DNA of 64,000 bases from Vezdaea acicularis (lineage: Eukaryota). Under the pieces are notes generated by a model, which saw only the letters and a list, made by a program, of their open reading frames with translations, was not told where the DNA came from and did not search any database. A program made the translations under genes and the position numbers. Position 1 is the stretch's first letter; each line of letters opens with the position of its first letter. Positions 10,747 through 25,295 of this stretch are shown here, in pieces. Location of the stretch: contig JAPEUI010000022.1 in the NCBI GenBank assembly GCA_026025075.1, positions 124,001-188,000 on the forward strand. Reading direction: 5' to 3'.

Positions 10747-13111
10747 TCAATCTCCAAGCGGCATGCCCTCAACGTCCTCACTCAATCTTCTCCAGTTATC
10801 AGCTTGAAGCTCTGCATATTTGATGCGTTCCTGGCTCCAGTCCTGATACAGTCTACTGACATGGTACTGCGAGCCCTGAAAGTAATTAAGCTCATCTCGG
10901 ATACACTCCTTGATGAAGACGCCTCGGGCGTGCTGATCCACAATAGATTGCTTGTCCTAGATCTACTTTAGCACATTCATTTATCTATCTGAACGGTGTT
11001 ACGAACCTTGATGATTGCGCTCTCTACCTTCTCGATTTCGTTCGGTTTAACAGTACCCTCAGGCTTGTTTCGAAGGCCAGAAAGCTTGCTCTCGTTGGCC
11101 TCTATTCTTTTCTCGAGGGTTGGGATATTGTCCTTTGCATAGCGATCCCGCCTGTCAAACATATCTCGCATGCCGACTAGCACGTCACGCTGTCGCTTTA
11201 GATCCTCTAAGACGCCTTCATCCCAAGCACGTGCCTCATCCTCGAGAAGACTCTGACTGGCAGACATATGTTTAGCTGTAGAGCTTAGCCCTTCATTCAG
11301 AAGCGGGACGTCATTCGTGTCGACTGAGTAAGTACTTTCCGTAGTATCTACTAGTGATTGAAGAGCGAGCGCGAAACGTAAATAATCAGCGGCAACGCCT
11401 TCGTTGCGTTTTGTGAGACGCTCCAATAGGTTGCAAAGGTTGATATATATCTCAGCCGAGCGGCGGACACCTGAGCGTACAGTTTCGAATGTCTCCGATA
11501 GATTTGGAGGTAAAGAGTCTTCAAGTGTTGTCGGTAAGGGCTTTCCAGTGAACTCTTCTTGCACCGAGATTGTCGCCTGCTTACGCCACACAGCAAGCTC
11601 CTGTTCACAAATAAGGGTTAATCTGATGTTCACCGAGGAGAATGAATACATACTGTAGGTACAGTGAGGAACATGACCACGAGCTGCTCTTGATTTAGAA
11701 CAGGGTGTCGTACTAGAGCATTGGTGAATCTCGCCAAGCCGCGTCTCCTTTTCTCAATGAAAGCATTGTCTGCGGAGAGATGATTCCCATTCACTGTGCG
11801 ATGTTAGCTACGTGCGACGATTGTCTGGTCAGAATCCTCAATGAAACATACCTGCAACCCGTTTAGGGGGTAACAATGGTAAAAGCCTGAAAGGGTATCT
11901 CTTGTGCAGACAGTCCAACAGCCAAACGAAGTCACTGTACCTTCGAATAACTTTGCTCCCACGTCGTGCACTCGAAACTTGATAATTACGATGCTGGAAA
12001 AGGAACATTCCTTCCTTTTCAGGCAACACTGTGACTGTTATGTTTTCTTCTACCCCCAATCCTGTGGCTCTTCCACTTCCTACTGCGCTCCCCGACACAC
12101 CCCTGTCTCTTCTATTGCCGTCATCACCAAATCCGTTGCCGCCCAAGCCCGAGCTACGATTTGCAAAATCATCACCATGATCCCCATCTGGAAATCCCCA
12201 GCCAGTACCACTACTTGCTGGGGGGTCCGCTGGTGGAGTTTGGCCAGGCGGGGACCCAGACTGGTCCCCATTGGCAGTCGTCGTATAAGCACCGTTGTTG
12301 CGAACTTCGGTAGAATCTCTGCCTAAGGTTGTTTGCGTCCCATTTGAACTTGCTGTTCGCCAGTTCGTTGGTGCATGATCATTCCCCTTGCGTGTTGCTG
12401 GACTAGCCCACGGATCATCCTCGGGAAGCTTCGCTGGTTTTGCGGACGCCCTGGGTGCCACTGACGCCCCTTTTGGTTGCATTAATGGTGCCTCTGGTAT
12501 GTCTGATACTTTTGAGGACGTCGATCGAGTAAAGGAAGGCAGAGACGGCTCTGGCAGATCTAAAGACTTGGTAAGCCTGCAGCTCAATTTTACGGGGATG
12601 GGATATGGAACTTACTTCTTCTGCGCTCATCCACTGCATCTAGCGTGACATCCTCATACTCCTGGGCCAGCCCTATCAATGCCAACATGACGTTGAATAC
12701 CCCTCGTCCTATGCCGGACGCAGCATCATGCCCGCCTGGAATGACGACATTGAGAATCTTGGCTTGGTCATCTGCTCTAAGCTCACTCCCAGCGAGCACC
12801 TTCTTTAACCCAGTTAAGCTAACGCCCGCTCCAAGCTTATCGCCTTGCTTCAAGAGTTCATCGTAGGTGTCAATGTAGCTCTCAGGCACTTCTGTACTCT
12901 CGAGTAAAGTCTTCACAAGGTCGCCTCGAGCAGCCTTCTTTGGGATGCCAAAAGCCCAAGGGGACACCCCAATCGGCGCCTCCTCATCGGCAAACAGGGA
13001 GGATTGTGATGTCAAACCTGGGGTTGATTCATCGTCGAATAGTGATTGGCGGGATTGAGCAAGTTTCGATGAGAGTGGAGCTTCCGTAGGAGACGTTCCG
13101 AATAGTGACAT
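10747..13111 (-). CDS. MVP1: Sorting nexin Mvp1 (PX + BAR)
   Basis: Multi-exon gene starting MSLFG. PX motif EKEGMFLFQHRNY...VIRRYSDFVWLLDCLHKRYPFRLLPLLPPKR, followed by a helical BAR region ending WSQERIKYAELQADNW. Confidence 0.95.
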
Positions 13112-14219
13112 GTTGGCGTGTGGTTGCAGAAAGAATATATTGAAAACTTAGATACTGTGGTTCCCTTGGAAGGGCAATAATGGGCTTGCGTGGCCAGGGC
13201 GGGGAGGCTGAAAACGCGGAAGCTTTCAACTTTGCATACGCGGAAGCTACAATCTAGCAAGCGCCTCTCTAACCCATGGAAGCGACGCTTCGAAGCGCCT
13301 GGTGCCTCCATATATTGGGCAAGCGCTATCCACTCATGTCATTAGAACAAAAGGGCTTGCAGCAGGAAAAATCAGCAGCCGTGACAGCATGTATGGCAAA
13401 GCGCTTGAAATGAAGCTATCTCATATCAAATCCTTTTGAGCATACGAGGTATTGCGGCTCATTGGGAGGGGGGGGGGATGCATGACGTTTCGATTGCTTG
13501 CCGCGAAAGAAAGCCCATAAACTTGAGGAGCGATGGACTTTCTACTCTGATATCAAACAGTTCGAGTATGAAAGTACCTAATCATTCAACTTCCTTAAGT
13601 GTCGTAGGTTCGCACGGCTGATGGTATATGCATTTTGTTGGTAACTGTCATGTCTAGCTAGGATGGCTGTGATTGTACTCTCATTATTAATACATGATAT
13701 GGTTGCATTGGGAGGAATCCGGTAGTATATAGTGTTAGCCAGATCAAATGGCCTCTGGAGATCAGTCCGCAAACCAGAAGATACAGGATAGGTCTGGCAG
13801 GCGTCATGGCGTGTAATCGTAGTAACGGTCTGTTGACTTCTATCGGCTTCGCTTTCGTAGCCTGAGAACACATTGCTGGGCTGCAACCTTTCCTCTTTGG
13901 GTAGCGCTAGCGCTCGCTTGAGTCGGGATTTCCAGGCACCTAGCAACACTCGCGGCCAGAGCTTGCCTCACACGCCTCATCACCTTGTCTGGACTTCGGA
14001 GGCGTTGGACCCGAACACGAACATTCGAACAACTCTTATTCTGCCATTTCCTCTCACTCATCAGCCTCTTCTTTCCCAAACACGAGGGACTCTCACATCA
14101 AGCGTCCTATCTACATCAAGGACTAAACCATACTTCACCTCTGAATCACCCAGCGCCAGTTTAACTCGTACAACGCATCATTCGCTGAGATATTTTTCTT
14201 TCCATCCACAATAGCCAAG

Positions 14220-16996
<2,777 letters not shown>

Positions 16997-17318
16997 AAGG
17001 CATGACTGGAGTTTCAATGATGGATTTCTCATTACAGGTCTCACGAAGTGTTCTGGTTAATGAAGATTGATCCCGCACTGGCTCGCAGTCAAGGAAGGCC
17101 GGGAAATCGATAAATCCGAGGCACCAAGGATGACGAGTCGCTGCACATGTACTGTAGCTCTCCTCTAGATAGCATTATTTCAATCTACCTCACTGTGCAT
17201 CATACTCAATAATAAATCGTCATGATTGAAAGTCGAATCGTGGTTTGGTATCAAGCGAAAAGTGGTCACAGAGCCACTCCCCTTTGCTTCCCAAGTCAAT
17301 GCAGTAAACTTTCCTCGC

Positions 17319-19392
17319 CTAAACCAACTCCCACTGTGCCAGAAACCCGAACTCCATCGCCTTCCTCCCTATTGCGCGTTCGAATTCCTCTTTCGTAACT
17401 CCTCTTCCATCCCTCCCGTCCAGACTCGTGAGCGCGCAGATCTGCACGTTTTCCCCTTTCTTCCCCAGCTCCTGCGTCGGCACATCTACCCACCATACGC
17501 GCCCATTCGTATTGAAGACTCTCCGATCATCCCTACCGTTCTTCCGCGAGTTATGCACTTCCATGAAGAAGACATGTGGCTTCGGCGGAGGCGTGTAATG
17601 GGGACAAGGCAGTGCGAAGGAAAAGCGCGTCATCGGGACCGGCGCTGAGGAGACATCAATATGCCTCAACTTGGGCACAAACGTCGTTTTAGAGATCTGA
17701 TTCTCCTCTCGTGGCCCGCCAAAGATTAGGGGCGGTTCACCGGCGCCAATCATGTACTGCTCCCATGTCGGCTGGCTTACGCCGGGCGGGAGGAAGAAGT
17801 GCGCTTTGTCGGATGGGAAATGATCGAGACCAAAGTCGGCGGAGCTTTGAGTGAAGCGTTCGGGCGCGAAGTTCTTCTTGTACTGGTTTGTAGCGCAATC
17901 GAGCTGGCCAGCGCCCCAGCAGCAATCGATTAGGTGCCATTCGCCGCCGTCGATCTGCACGGCATTCCAGGCGTGATTAGTACTGAATGGCTCGATGGCT
18001 GAGCCGGGATGACGCTGCTGGTAGCCGTAGCCTTTGCCATGGCCGCCTATGACAATTGCTTGGATGCCGGCATGGAGTGCGAGGGCGGAAAAGAGGCCAG
18101 CGTAGCCTTCGCATACAGCTAGGCCGCGAGCGATGGTATTTTCAGGGGTCGAGGCCTTGATAGAGTTGTTGAAGAAGGATTGAGTGTCATAGGCAATATT
18201 GTGGTGAAGCCATGTGAAGATCGCTAGATAGTCAGCTAGTTGGATACGGGATGGAGATAAGACTCTTACCTCGAGCTTTATCCGTGTGAGACGAGAAAGG
18301 GGAGCACAGTTGCCTGGCAATCCACTGGGGAGAGGTATTAGGAATAGCAGAAGTCGGGAAACGAGCAGCATGATTATCAGGTCCACTGTAGTCACGACAA
18401 ATGAGGCAGGAACCGCCTGAGTTTGAGGGCATTGACATGTTAGAGCAAGGGATTATGGTTTTTGGACGAGACGCTAGCGGAATTGGTGGGGGGGCAGTAT
18501 CGCCATCTGGAGGAATAGGGGAAGGGCTGGATTTTGGCCTACGACCGGGCAAGGCTGGTGGAATTTCCTCAACATCTTTCACTCCATTGGAGAACGTCGA
18601 TGAAGTTGGGACAGGCACCGGTGTTGCCGGTGGCAACCTTCTCGTTTTCGTGGTGTCAACTGCACCGGAGGTTGTCTCGGACCTTCGCAATGGGAGCCGC
18701 GGAGGCAGACTAGGGAGAGCTGGCACTACTTGCTCTATGGCTACGTCCCCCTGAGCAGGACGGGTTCTCAGTGGCGTTCGAGCGTGAGGTGAGGTTTGAG
18801 AGCGCTTCGGCGGTAGCGTAGGTAGTGCGCTTGGATTATATTCTGGCGCCTTTATTCTAGATGAGCTCTCCGCTCCTGAGATCGCTCGAGACTGTAGCGT
18901 TGGCCTCGTCCTATTCGATTGACTTGAGAAAGCGGATATGTTTGATATTGATGAGGAGATTGAATCCGTCGAGTCCCGTCGTGAGGAGGCTTGCCCTGAC
19001 GGCCTTCGCGGCGGAAGCGCTGGGGAAGACGGAGAACTATCTTCTCTAGGCGGCAACCGTGGCGGTAGAGAAGGCTTCGAGCTCACAGGACGTTGGCCTG
19101 TTCGAATTATGTCTGGAGGGGGAAGGACTCCATTCTTCTCACCACTGGGCTTATTGCCCACCCCCCTCTTCGAGGAAGTACCATTTGTGTGTAACGGAGG
19201 GTTGTTGGTGGTATTCAATCTTGCTGTGATTGAAGGTCTATTGGAGGGAGGTAGTGGTGGCGTTGGTCTGGTGTATGACTGTGACGCTGTATAAGAGGGA
19301 GGAGGATCGTCAGGAAGTCGTCCCACCTGGGCGGTATTGAGGGCTGCAATGCGGGCGGAGATGGATAGTGGTGGACGAGAATCTTCGTCCAT
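17319..19392 (-). CDS. Proline-rich transglutaminase-like (Cyk3/kyphoscoliosis peptidase-like) protein
   Basis: Pro-rich N-terminal exon with many PxLPPR motifs, one intron near 18226-18270, and catalytic triad motifs VCEGYA, HAWNAV and LIDCCWG. Confidence 0.9.
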
Positions 19393-20035
19393 GGTGAGCC
19401 CAAGTAACAATAGTTATCAAGGCGTGCTTATGCCTAGAGAGGAACGGAGCGACCTCCCAGATATATCTTTACTGGTAGGTGCACAGCCTCGTGAAACCTG
19501 GGTCGCGCCGCTAACGCGCATCCAACCCAAGTTTCAAAAGATGATGCACGGCAATCGAAGGTACGTTCAGCGTCATGTATTTGGGTGCCATGCATAAAAA
19601 TCTATGCAGGAAAGGAATTGAGAAGCATGCTGTAGGGTAGACCGCTAATTTGAAGCTTTCCAGGTACGGAAGAGGCGCCCGTTAGCGTTGGATCTAGTGT
19701 CACTAATGTGGGGTTAGAAGCAATTGGGGTCAGATAACGGCAGCATCAGAGTGACTTCCATTGGTAGCACCGAAACTATATTTTCTCGATGACCTATTGG
19801 CTTCGATTTCTTCGTGCACATGAACCACTACGCCATGCTCCCAGGCATTTCAGGCCACTGTAGAGAACACCCATCAAATCCCTCCGAACTACCTGCTACA
19901 TGACATGCTAGAGCAGCAAAAGTGTCAAAGGACAGTAAAGAAAAGCCCATAGAGAAGGGTGCAGAGCTGTTGGACCCAATCACTAATGGAATAGCTGCAG
20001 TAACCTAACCAGAGCATGTCTGGCTTCGTTGCGCC

Positions 20036-21223
20036 CTATACTACAGACTGGTAGAGGAGGAGCGGCTCTCCAACATTCTCGATTTCAGGGATTGTGCATT
20101 TGAGGTCAAAGGCCTTAGACAAGACGATTTTGAAGATCTACTGGTACGTCAGCGTTCACAGTCATTCAGTATATCTCTCATGATGTCACTTGACCTTCTG
20201 GACGTTAATACTGTGGCTCGTGCTACTGAAGATGAGACTTGCACGCATTGCCTTGGCAAATCGACGAGCCTGTGAATAGTGAATTAGATTCTCTGTGTTT
20301 GCACAACCATGAGCAAGAGTACTCACCTGGTTTGAGATCTCTTCTTGGTCTTCTCGAGGAAAATTGACAAAGTGATCGTACTTAGTGCCCACCAGAAAGG
20401 GAATCGCGGTCTTATTGAACCCTCGGCCTTGTCGGTACCATTCTTTGATTGAATTCAACGTACTCTTCCGAGTGAGGTCGAACATGAATAGAATGGCGAC
20501 AGCATCGTTACAGACAAGAGGCAGCATATTCACGAATTCTCTCTGTCCGCCAAGATCCCATATAGAAAAGGTGATCTCGGTATTTCGGATTGATATGGTC
20601 TTCTCCATAAAATTCACCCCTGTTTCTCACATTAACAAACAACTCCACTTCTCGCCGAGTCAAGCGAGCATACCTAATGTCTGAATATAGTCTTCGTCCC
20701 AACTCCCTTCGACGTACTTCACCATCAAACTCGTTTTACCGATTTGGGCGTCTCCTACCATGCCAACTTTGATCACGACGCTTTTGTTGTTTCTCGCAGC
20801 TTGGTCCCCTTGTTGGTGTGATGGCCTAACATTCTGGTCCTGGTATGCTGTCGAGCGTGTGTCTGGCTGGGAATGAGCATACCCATGGCGTTCAGACCCA
20901 GAAAGACCTGACGAAGGCCTTGACTGGAAAGGCTGTTGGTAAATTGGCGGGGAGGCGTATCTTGTGTTCGGATCGAGGTCGGGGGGCGGAGAGAATGCTG
21001 GCTGGGTCGTAGGAAAATCGGAAGAATGGCTTGATCGAGGCATGTTGTGCATTTGATCGTTCATGTCGAAGACATTGTTGACGATAGGAGTAGCATTGGT
21101 ACCGTTTGTGTCGCCCGTGCCCCCCATTTCCTGGTCATGGGTGATGTTGGGTTGTACTGGGTAAACCTGCCCCTGGCCTTGCGCCATTGTCTGATCGAAT
21201 GACTGACTAGGTTCTGGCTCCAT
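20036..21223 (-). CDS. TEM1: Septation/mitotic exit GTPase Spg1/Tem1
   Basis: Four exons containing [47 protein letters not shown] and C-terminal [11 protein letters not shown]. Confidence 0.96.
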
Positions 21224-21811
21224 ATCGAGGGAAGAGTTGTCGAGAAGAGGTGACACAGATTACCGTGTTGTCAGCCCGCTCTTTAGAGTTCAAGATCCAG
21301 GCCTGGTCTTTAGGAAGACTCGAGGTTTAGCATGAGATTTTGGCAACTCAATGATGGGTGAATTACTCGCTGGCGACGGCTTCAAGAGGCAATTTATAGC
21401 TGTGGACACAAGCCACTCATACCAAACTAGGCTGCATAAAGTACATAGCGTCAGTAACGCGTGAGATCCTTAGACTGAAATAAGTATTGGATGTCCAAGA
21501 GAGGGCTGTGAAATATCGCGTCTTTTGGTCACAATTGTCAAGATTTAAGGATTTAAGGACTTACATCGATTCCTTATCACGCAATACAGAATCAAAGCAT
21601 GAGACGGCTGCTGGGTCAGGATATTACTTGAGATGGAGAGACTGATATCTCGCCTAAACTTATCAGGTTGTTGATGTGGAAAGCCCAAGCGAATTTGAGG
21701 CCGAGGGAAATATTTCGCGGATCAACACAAACCTAACGATTTTTTGTTTTTGATATTACACAATCTCGAAGCAGAGTACGCAGACTCTACCAACGCCACT
21801 GGGCCCTCACG

Positions 21812-23396
21812 ATGAGTAAACGATCGGCAGACACTTCCAATGCGGAGTCTAATGCTCTCAAGCGCGGCGAGCGACCTGAAGAAGTAGAAAATGCGGGGGA
21901 TGTGGGGGATTTTGAAGATGAGTTCGAAGATGATTACGAGAGCGATGATGAGGTCTTCGAGGCTGGAGAGGATGGGCAACCCGACGACGAGAACGTAATG
22001 GGCACGCACAAAGGTTTCCTCACTTGTACTGCAATCTGGATTCATAAGAAGTTGACATAGTTGGTGATTAGAGAAGATGGATGTCGACCAAGCAACCTTC
22101 ATACCGGGCAGAACAGCTCTCGCTGCCGGCGAAGTACTCAGCCCGGATCCGTCGACATATGAACTGCTGCATAGTCTCAGCACACCATGGCCCTGTCTAT
22201 CCTTCGACTTCCTTCCTAATCCCCTCGGCGCTTCGACAAGTACATACCCTCTAACAATCTACGCCGTTGCAGGCACCCAAGCCGAAGCCGGGCGAGAGAA
22301 AGACAACGAGCTCATGGTCATGAAGCTGTCTGGCCTATCTCGAATGGAGCGTGACGATGACTCGTCCTCATCTTTAGACGACGAGGACGATGAGGACGCG
22401 GAGCCCATTCTCGAATCAAAATCCATCCCTTTACCTACGACCACAAACCGGCTCCGCACCTTCCAATCACCTCCCACCTCATCTGCAACCCCCCCCCAAA
22501 CCCTTACAGGCACTATGCTCGAAAACGGGTCCATCGTCATCCACGACGTAACACGGCACCTCCACTCCTTCAACACCCCTGGAACAGTCCTGACCCCCGC
22601 CCAAGCCAAACCCATGGCAACCCTCACAATGCACAAGTCCACCGAAGGCTACGCCATCGACTGGGCACCACCAAGCCTTCACCCCCTAGGCCGGCTCCTC
22701 ACCGGTGACAACTCCGGACAGATCTACCTAACCCACCGAGCCGACACCGGCGAGTGGAAGACAGACCCTCGCCCCTTCCTCGGACACGCCAGCAGCGTCG
22801 AAGAGCTACAATGGTCGCCCTCCGAGCGCAACGTCTTCGCCTCCGCCTCCGCCGACGGAACCGTCAAAATCTGGGACACGCGCAGCAAGAGTCACACGCC
22901 GAAACTCAGCGTGCAAGCCAGCAGCACCGACGTGAACGTCATGAGCTGGTCGCGCACAACACCACACCTCCTCGCCACCGGGGCCGACGACGGCGTCTGG
23001 GCCGTCTGGGACCTCCGGCAATGGCGACCCTCCTCCAGCTCCAGCAGCGGCAGCAGCAGCGCCCCCAACGGCCGCACAGCCAGCACCCCCATCGCGACCT
23101 TCGACTTCCACCGCGCGCCCATCACGAGCATCGAGTGGCACCCCAGCGACGACAGCACGCTACTCGTCGGCTGCGCCGACAACACCGTCTCGCTGTGGGA
23201 CCTGGCCGTCGAGCTCGACGACGAGGAGAGCCGCGATACCCAGGGCGTGCCGGACGTGCCGCCCCAGCTGCTCTTCGTGCACTACATGGACAGCGTCAAG
23301 GAGGCGCACTGGTACGGCGCGAAGCCCGGCACCGTCATGGGCACGGGCGCGGCTGGTTTCAGGTACGTAGTAGTATTGTATAATTCATCATTTCCT

Positions 23397-23436
<40 letters not shown>

Positions 23437-23584
23437 CCACCCCCCCTTGCCCAACCCCCGGTTTTTTTTTTTCATATATTAGATGAGATCGCGGCAGTGG
23501 TCAAAGGTGCCGTACATGGATAGCTAAGCTACGGAAGCTAACGTGCAACCCTTCTGCAGCGTTTTCAAAACGATTAGCGTCTGA
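21812..23584 (+). CDS. RRB1: Ribosome assembly WD40 protein Rrb1/GRWD1
   Basis: Acidic N-terminus (DFEDEFEDDYES), WPCLSFD, EGYAIDW, SVEELQWSPSE and VPPQLLFVH. A short last exon (VFKTISV*) ends at 23584. Confidence 0.96.
23398..23433. repeat. (CA)n microsatellite, about 18 units, in the last RRB1 intron
   Basis: Perfect CA dinucleotide run read directly from the sequence. Confidence 0.95.
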
Positions 23585-23830
23585 GGATCAGAAACGGCCC
23601 CGACCCGCACCAGCAGGTCTCGTGACTCGTGAAGGCGCCCCCTATCAATGGCGTCGGCCATGTCATCGCACACTTCCTTCTCTTGCCCTATTTACCTCCC
23701 CTCCCTGACCCCCACTTCCTTGCTGCCCTCGGAGTTTCCCTTTTTACATACATCCGTAGTTCCGTCTAAATAGGTTTGAAAGGCCGTTGCATCGTGGCGT
23801 TTTCGCTTCGCCGCCGCATCATTCTCCGTC

Positions 23831-25295
23831 CTAGCTGGTCCCTGTCCGCTCCATGCTGCCGCCGCCGCCTTCCAGATCCATGCCCGAGTACCCCGGCATC
23901 AGCGGGATGGAACTGCTCGGCTTGAGCTGCGAGGAGGCGGAGAAGAAGGCGTCGGTGAGGTCGTGCTGGTCATGGAGGCTATCTGGGGATAGGGGGCCTG
24001 GCGGGGGGACCATGTCCGGGAAGATAGAGCCGGACATGTCCATGGAGTAGGGGTGGTTCGTGAGGGGGGGTCCCGAGAGCATCAGCGGGCTGTCCTGCCA
24101 CGTGCTGGTTCTGTTCTGGGCGGGGTTGTTGGAGCCGTCCAGCATCACCTCGCTGATGCCGCTCTGGCTGGTGGAGCTGATGGCGGAGGGGGAGGAGTTG
24201 TCGACGGCCTGCTCGTCGGCGCCCGGGAAGGACATGCGCGTCTCGAGCGCGTTGCGGAAGCTATAATCTTCGTCCTCGTCCATGAAATCCTGTGCTGCCG
24301 TGACGTTGTTTGAGAAAGGGGGAGGGAAGGGTGAGGTGGCGTTGCCGAGGGCTATCGAGGTCGGCGAGTCGGAGAAATGCAGTTGTTGCGGGTTGATGGT
24401 CGAGCCGGGATTGAACACCATCCCGTTGAAGTCGTGGTCGTTCAGGCCAAAGCCGCCGTAGGGAGGCGCGGTCCGGAGACCGCCGCTGAATTCGAGGTTG
24501 GAGAAGCCGTGCGTGTCGAGCTTCGGCAGCGTCGAGGGCAATCCATGATGGCCTGCACCAGATGAGAACCCACGATAGTGATGTCCGCCGGGGCCTGGCA
24601 ACTGACCGTGACCTGAAAGATGGCCCACTCCGTTCCGTATCACCGTCACGTCATCGCCTATCAATGTCCCCAGCGTGGTGTTGTCTACGTGACTGATTGT
24701 GTTCGCCCGCGGACGCATCGATGAGGGTCCGCTTGCATTCATACCCCCATTGATGAGGGAGTTCTTACGGATCCTCCCCGGGCCTCCACCAGCTGTGGCA
24801 CTCGTACTCTCTCTTCTCCCGCTCCGCGGCCGCGAAGAGGGCGTAGCGGTCATGTGCAGTTTCTGCTGATGGCGAAGGAGGAGGTCACGACGAGCGAAGC
24901 AGCGAGCACATTCGGGGCATTCGAACGGCTTCTCTTTCGTATGAGACCGCTCGTGGCGTTTGAGATGTTCCAGGCGGTGGAATCCCTTCCCACAGGTGCC
25001 ACAGACGTGTGGCCTTGGTTTTTCTACTTTTGCATCGGGCGCTGCGGTGTTGCCCGCGGGTGAATCATCGTTGGTCGTTGCTTTTAGGTTGCTCGAACGA
25101 TGCTCTTTGATGACGAGCCAGTCAGTACGAGCTTCACATGGCCAACTTCGACAAGGAAAGTCGAGAGAGAGAGAGGTTGATCTTGCTGAAGAACTTACGA
25201 GTACCATTGAGAGATATGCCATTGGGCAGCGCCGAGGCTGTGGGTACGGCGGGAGACATCAGATCGGAAGGGGTCACCGTCGAGTCCGACAACAT
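23831..25295 (-). CDS. C2H2 zinc-finger transcription factor, AmdX/Adr1-like, short form (456 aa)
   Basis: Exons 25295-25199 and 25104-23831 join in frame (MLSDS...NGTQHRSS). Two fingers KPRPHVCGTCGKGFHRLEHLKRHERSHTKEKPFECPECARCFARRDLLLRHQQKLH, plus RPRANTISH and STINPQQLHF motifs. Confidence 0.9.

Noticed and set aside
13436..14214. Overlapping ORFs of 60-123 aa between MVP1 and CDC48
   Set aside because: This is the divergent promoter and 5' UTR region. The ORFs mostly use non-ATG starts and have no motifs.
21700..21725. GAAATATTTC upstream of RRB1 as an RRPE-like ribosome biogenesis element
   Set aside because: Only a loose match that could easily arise by chance.
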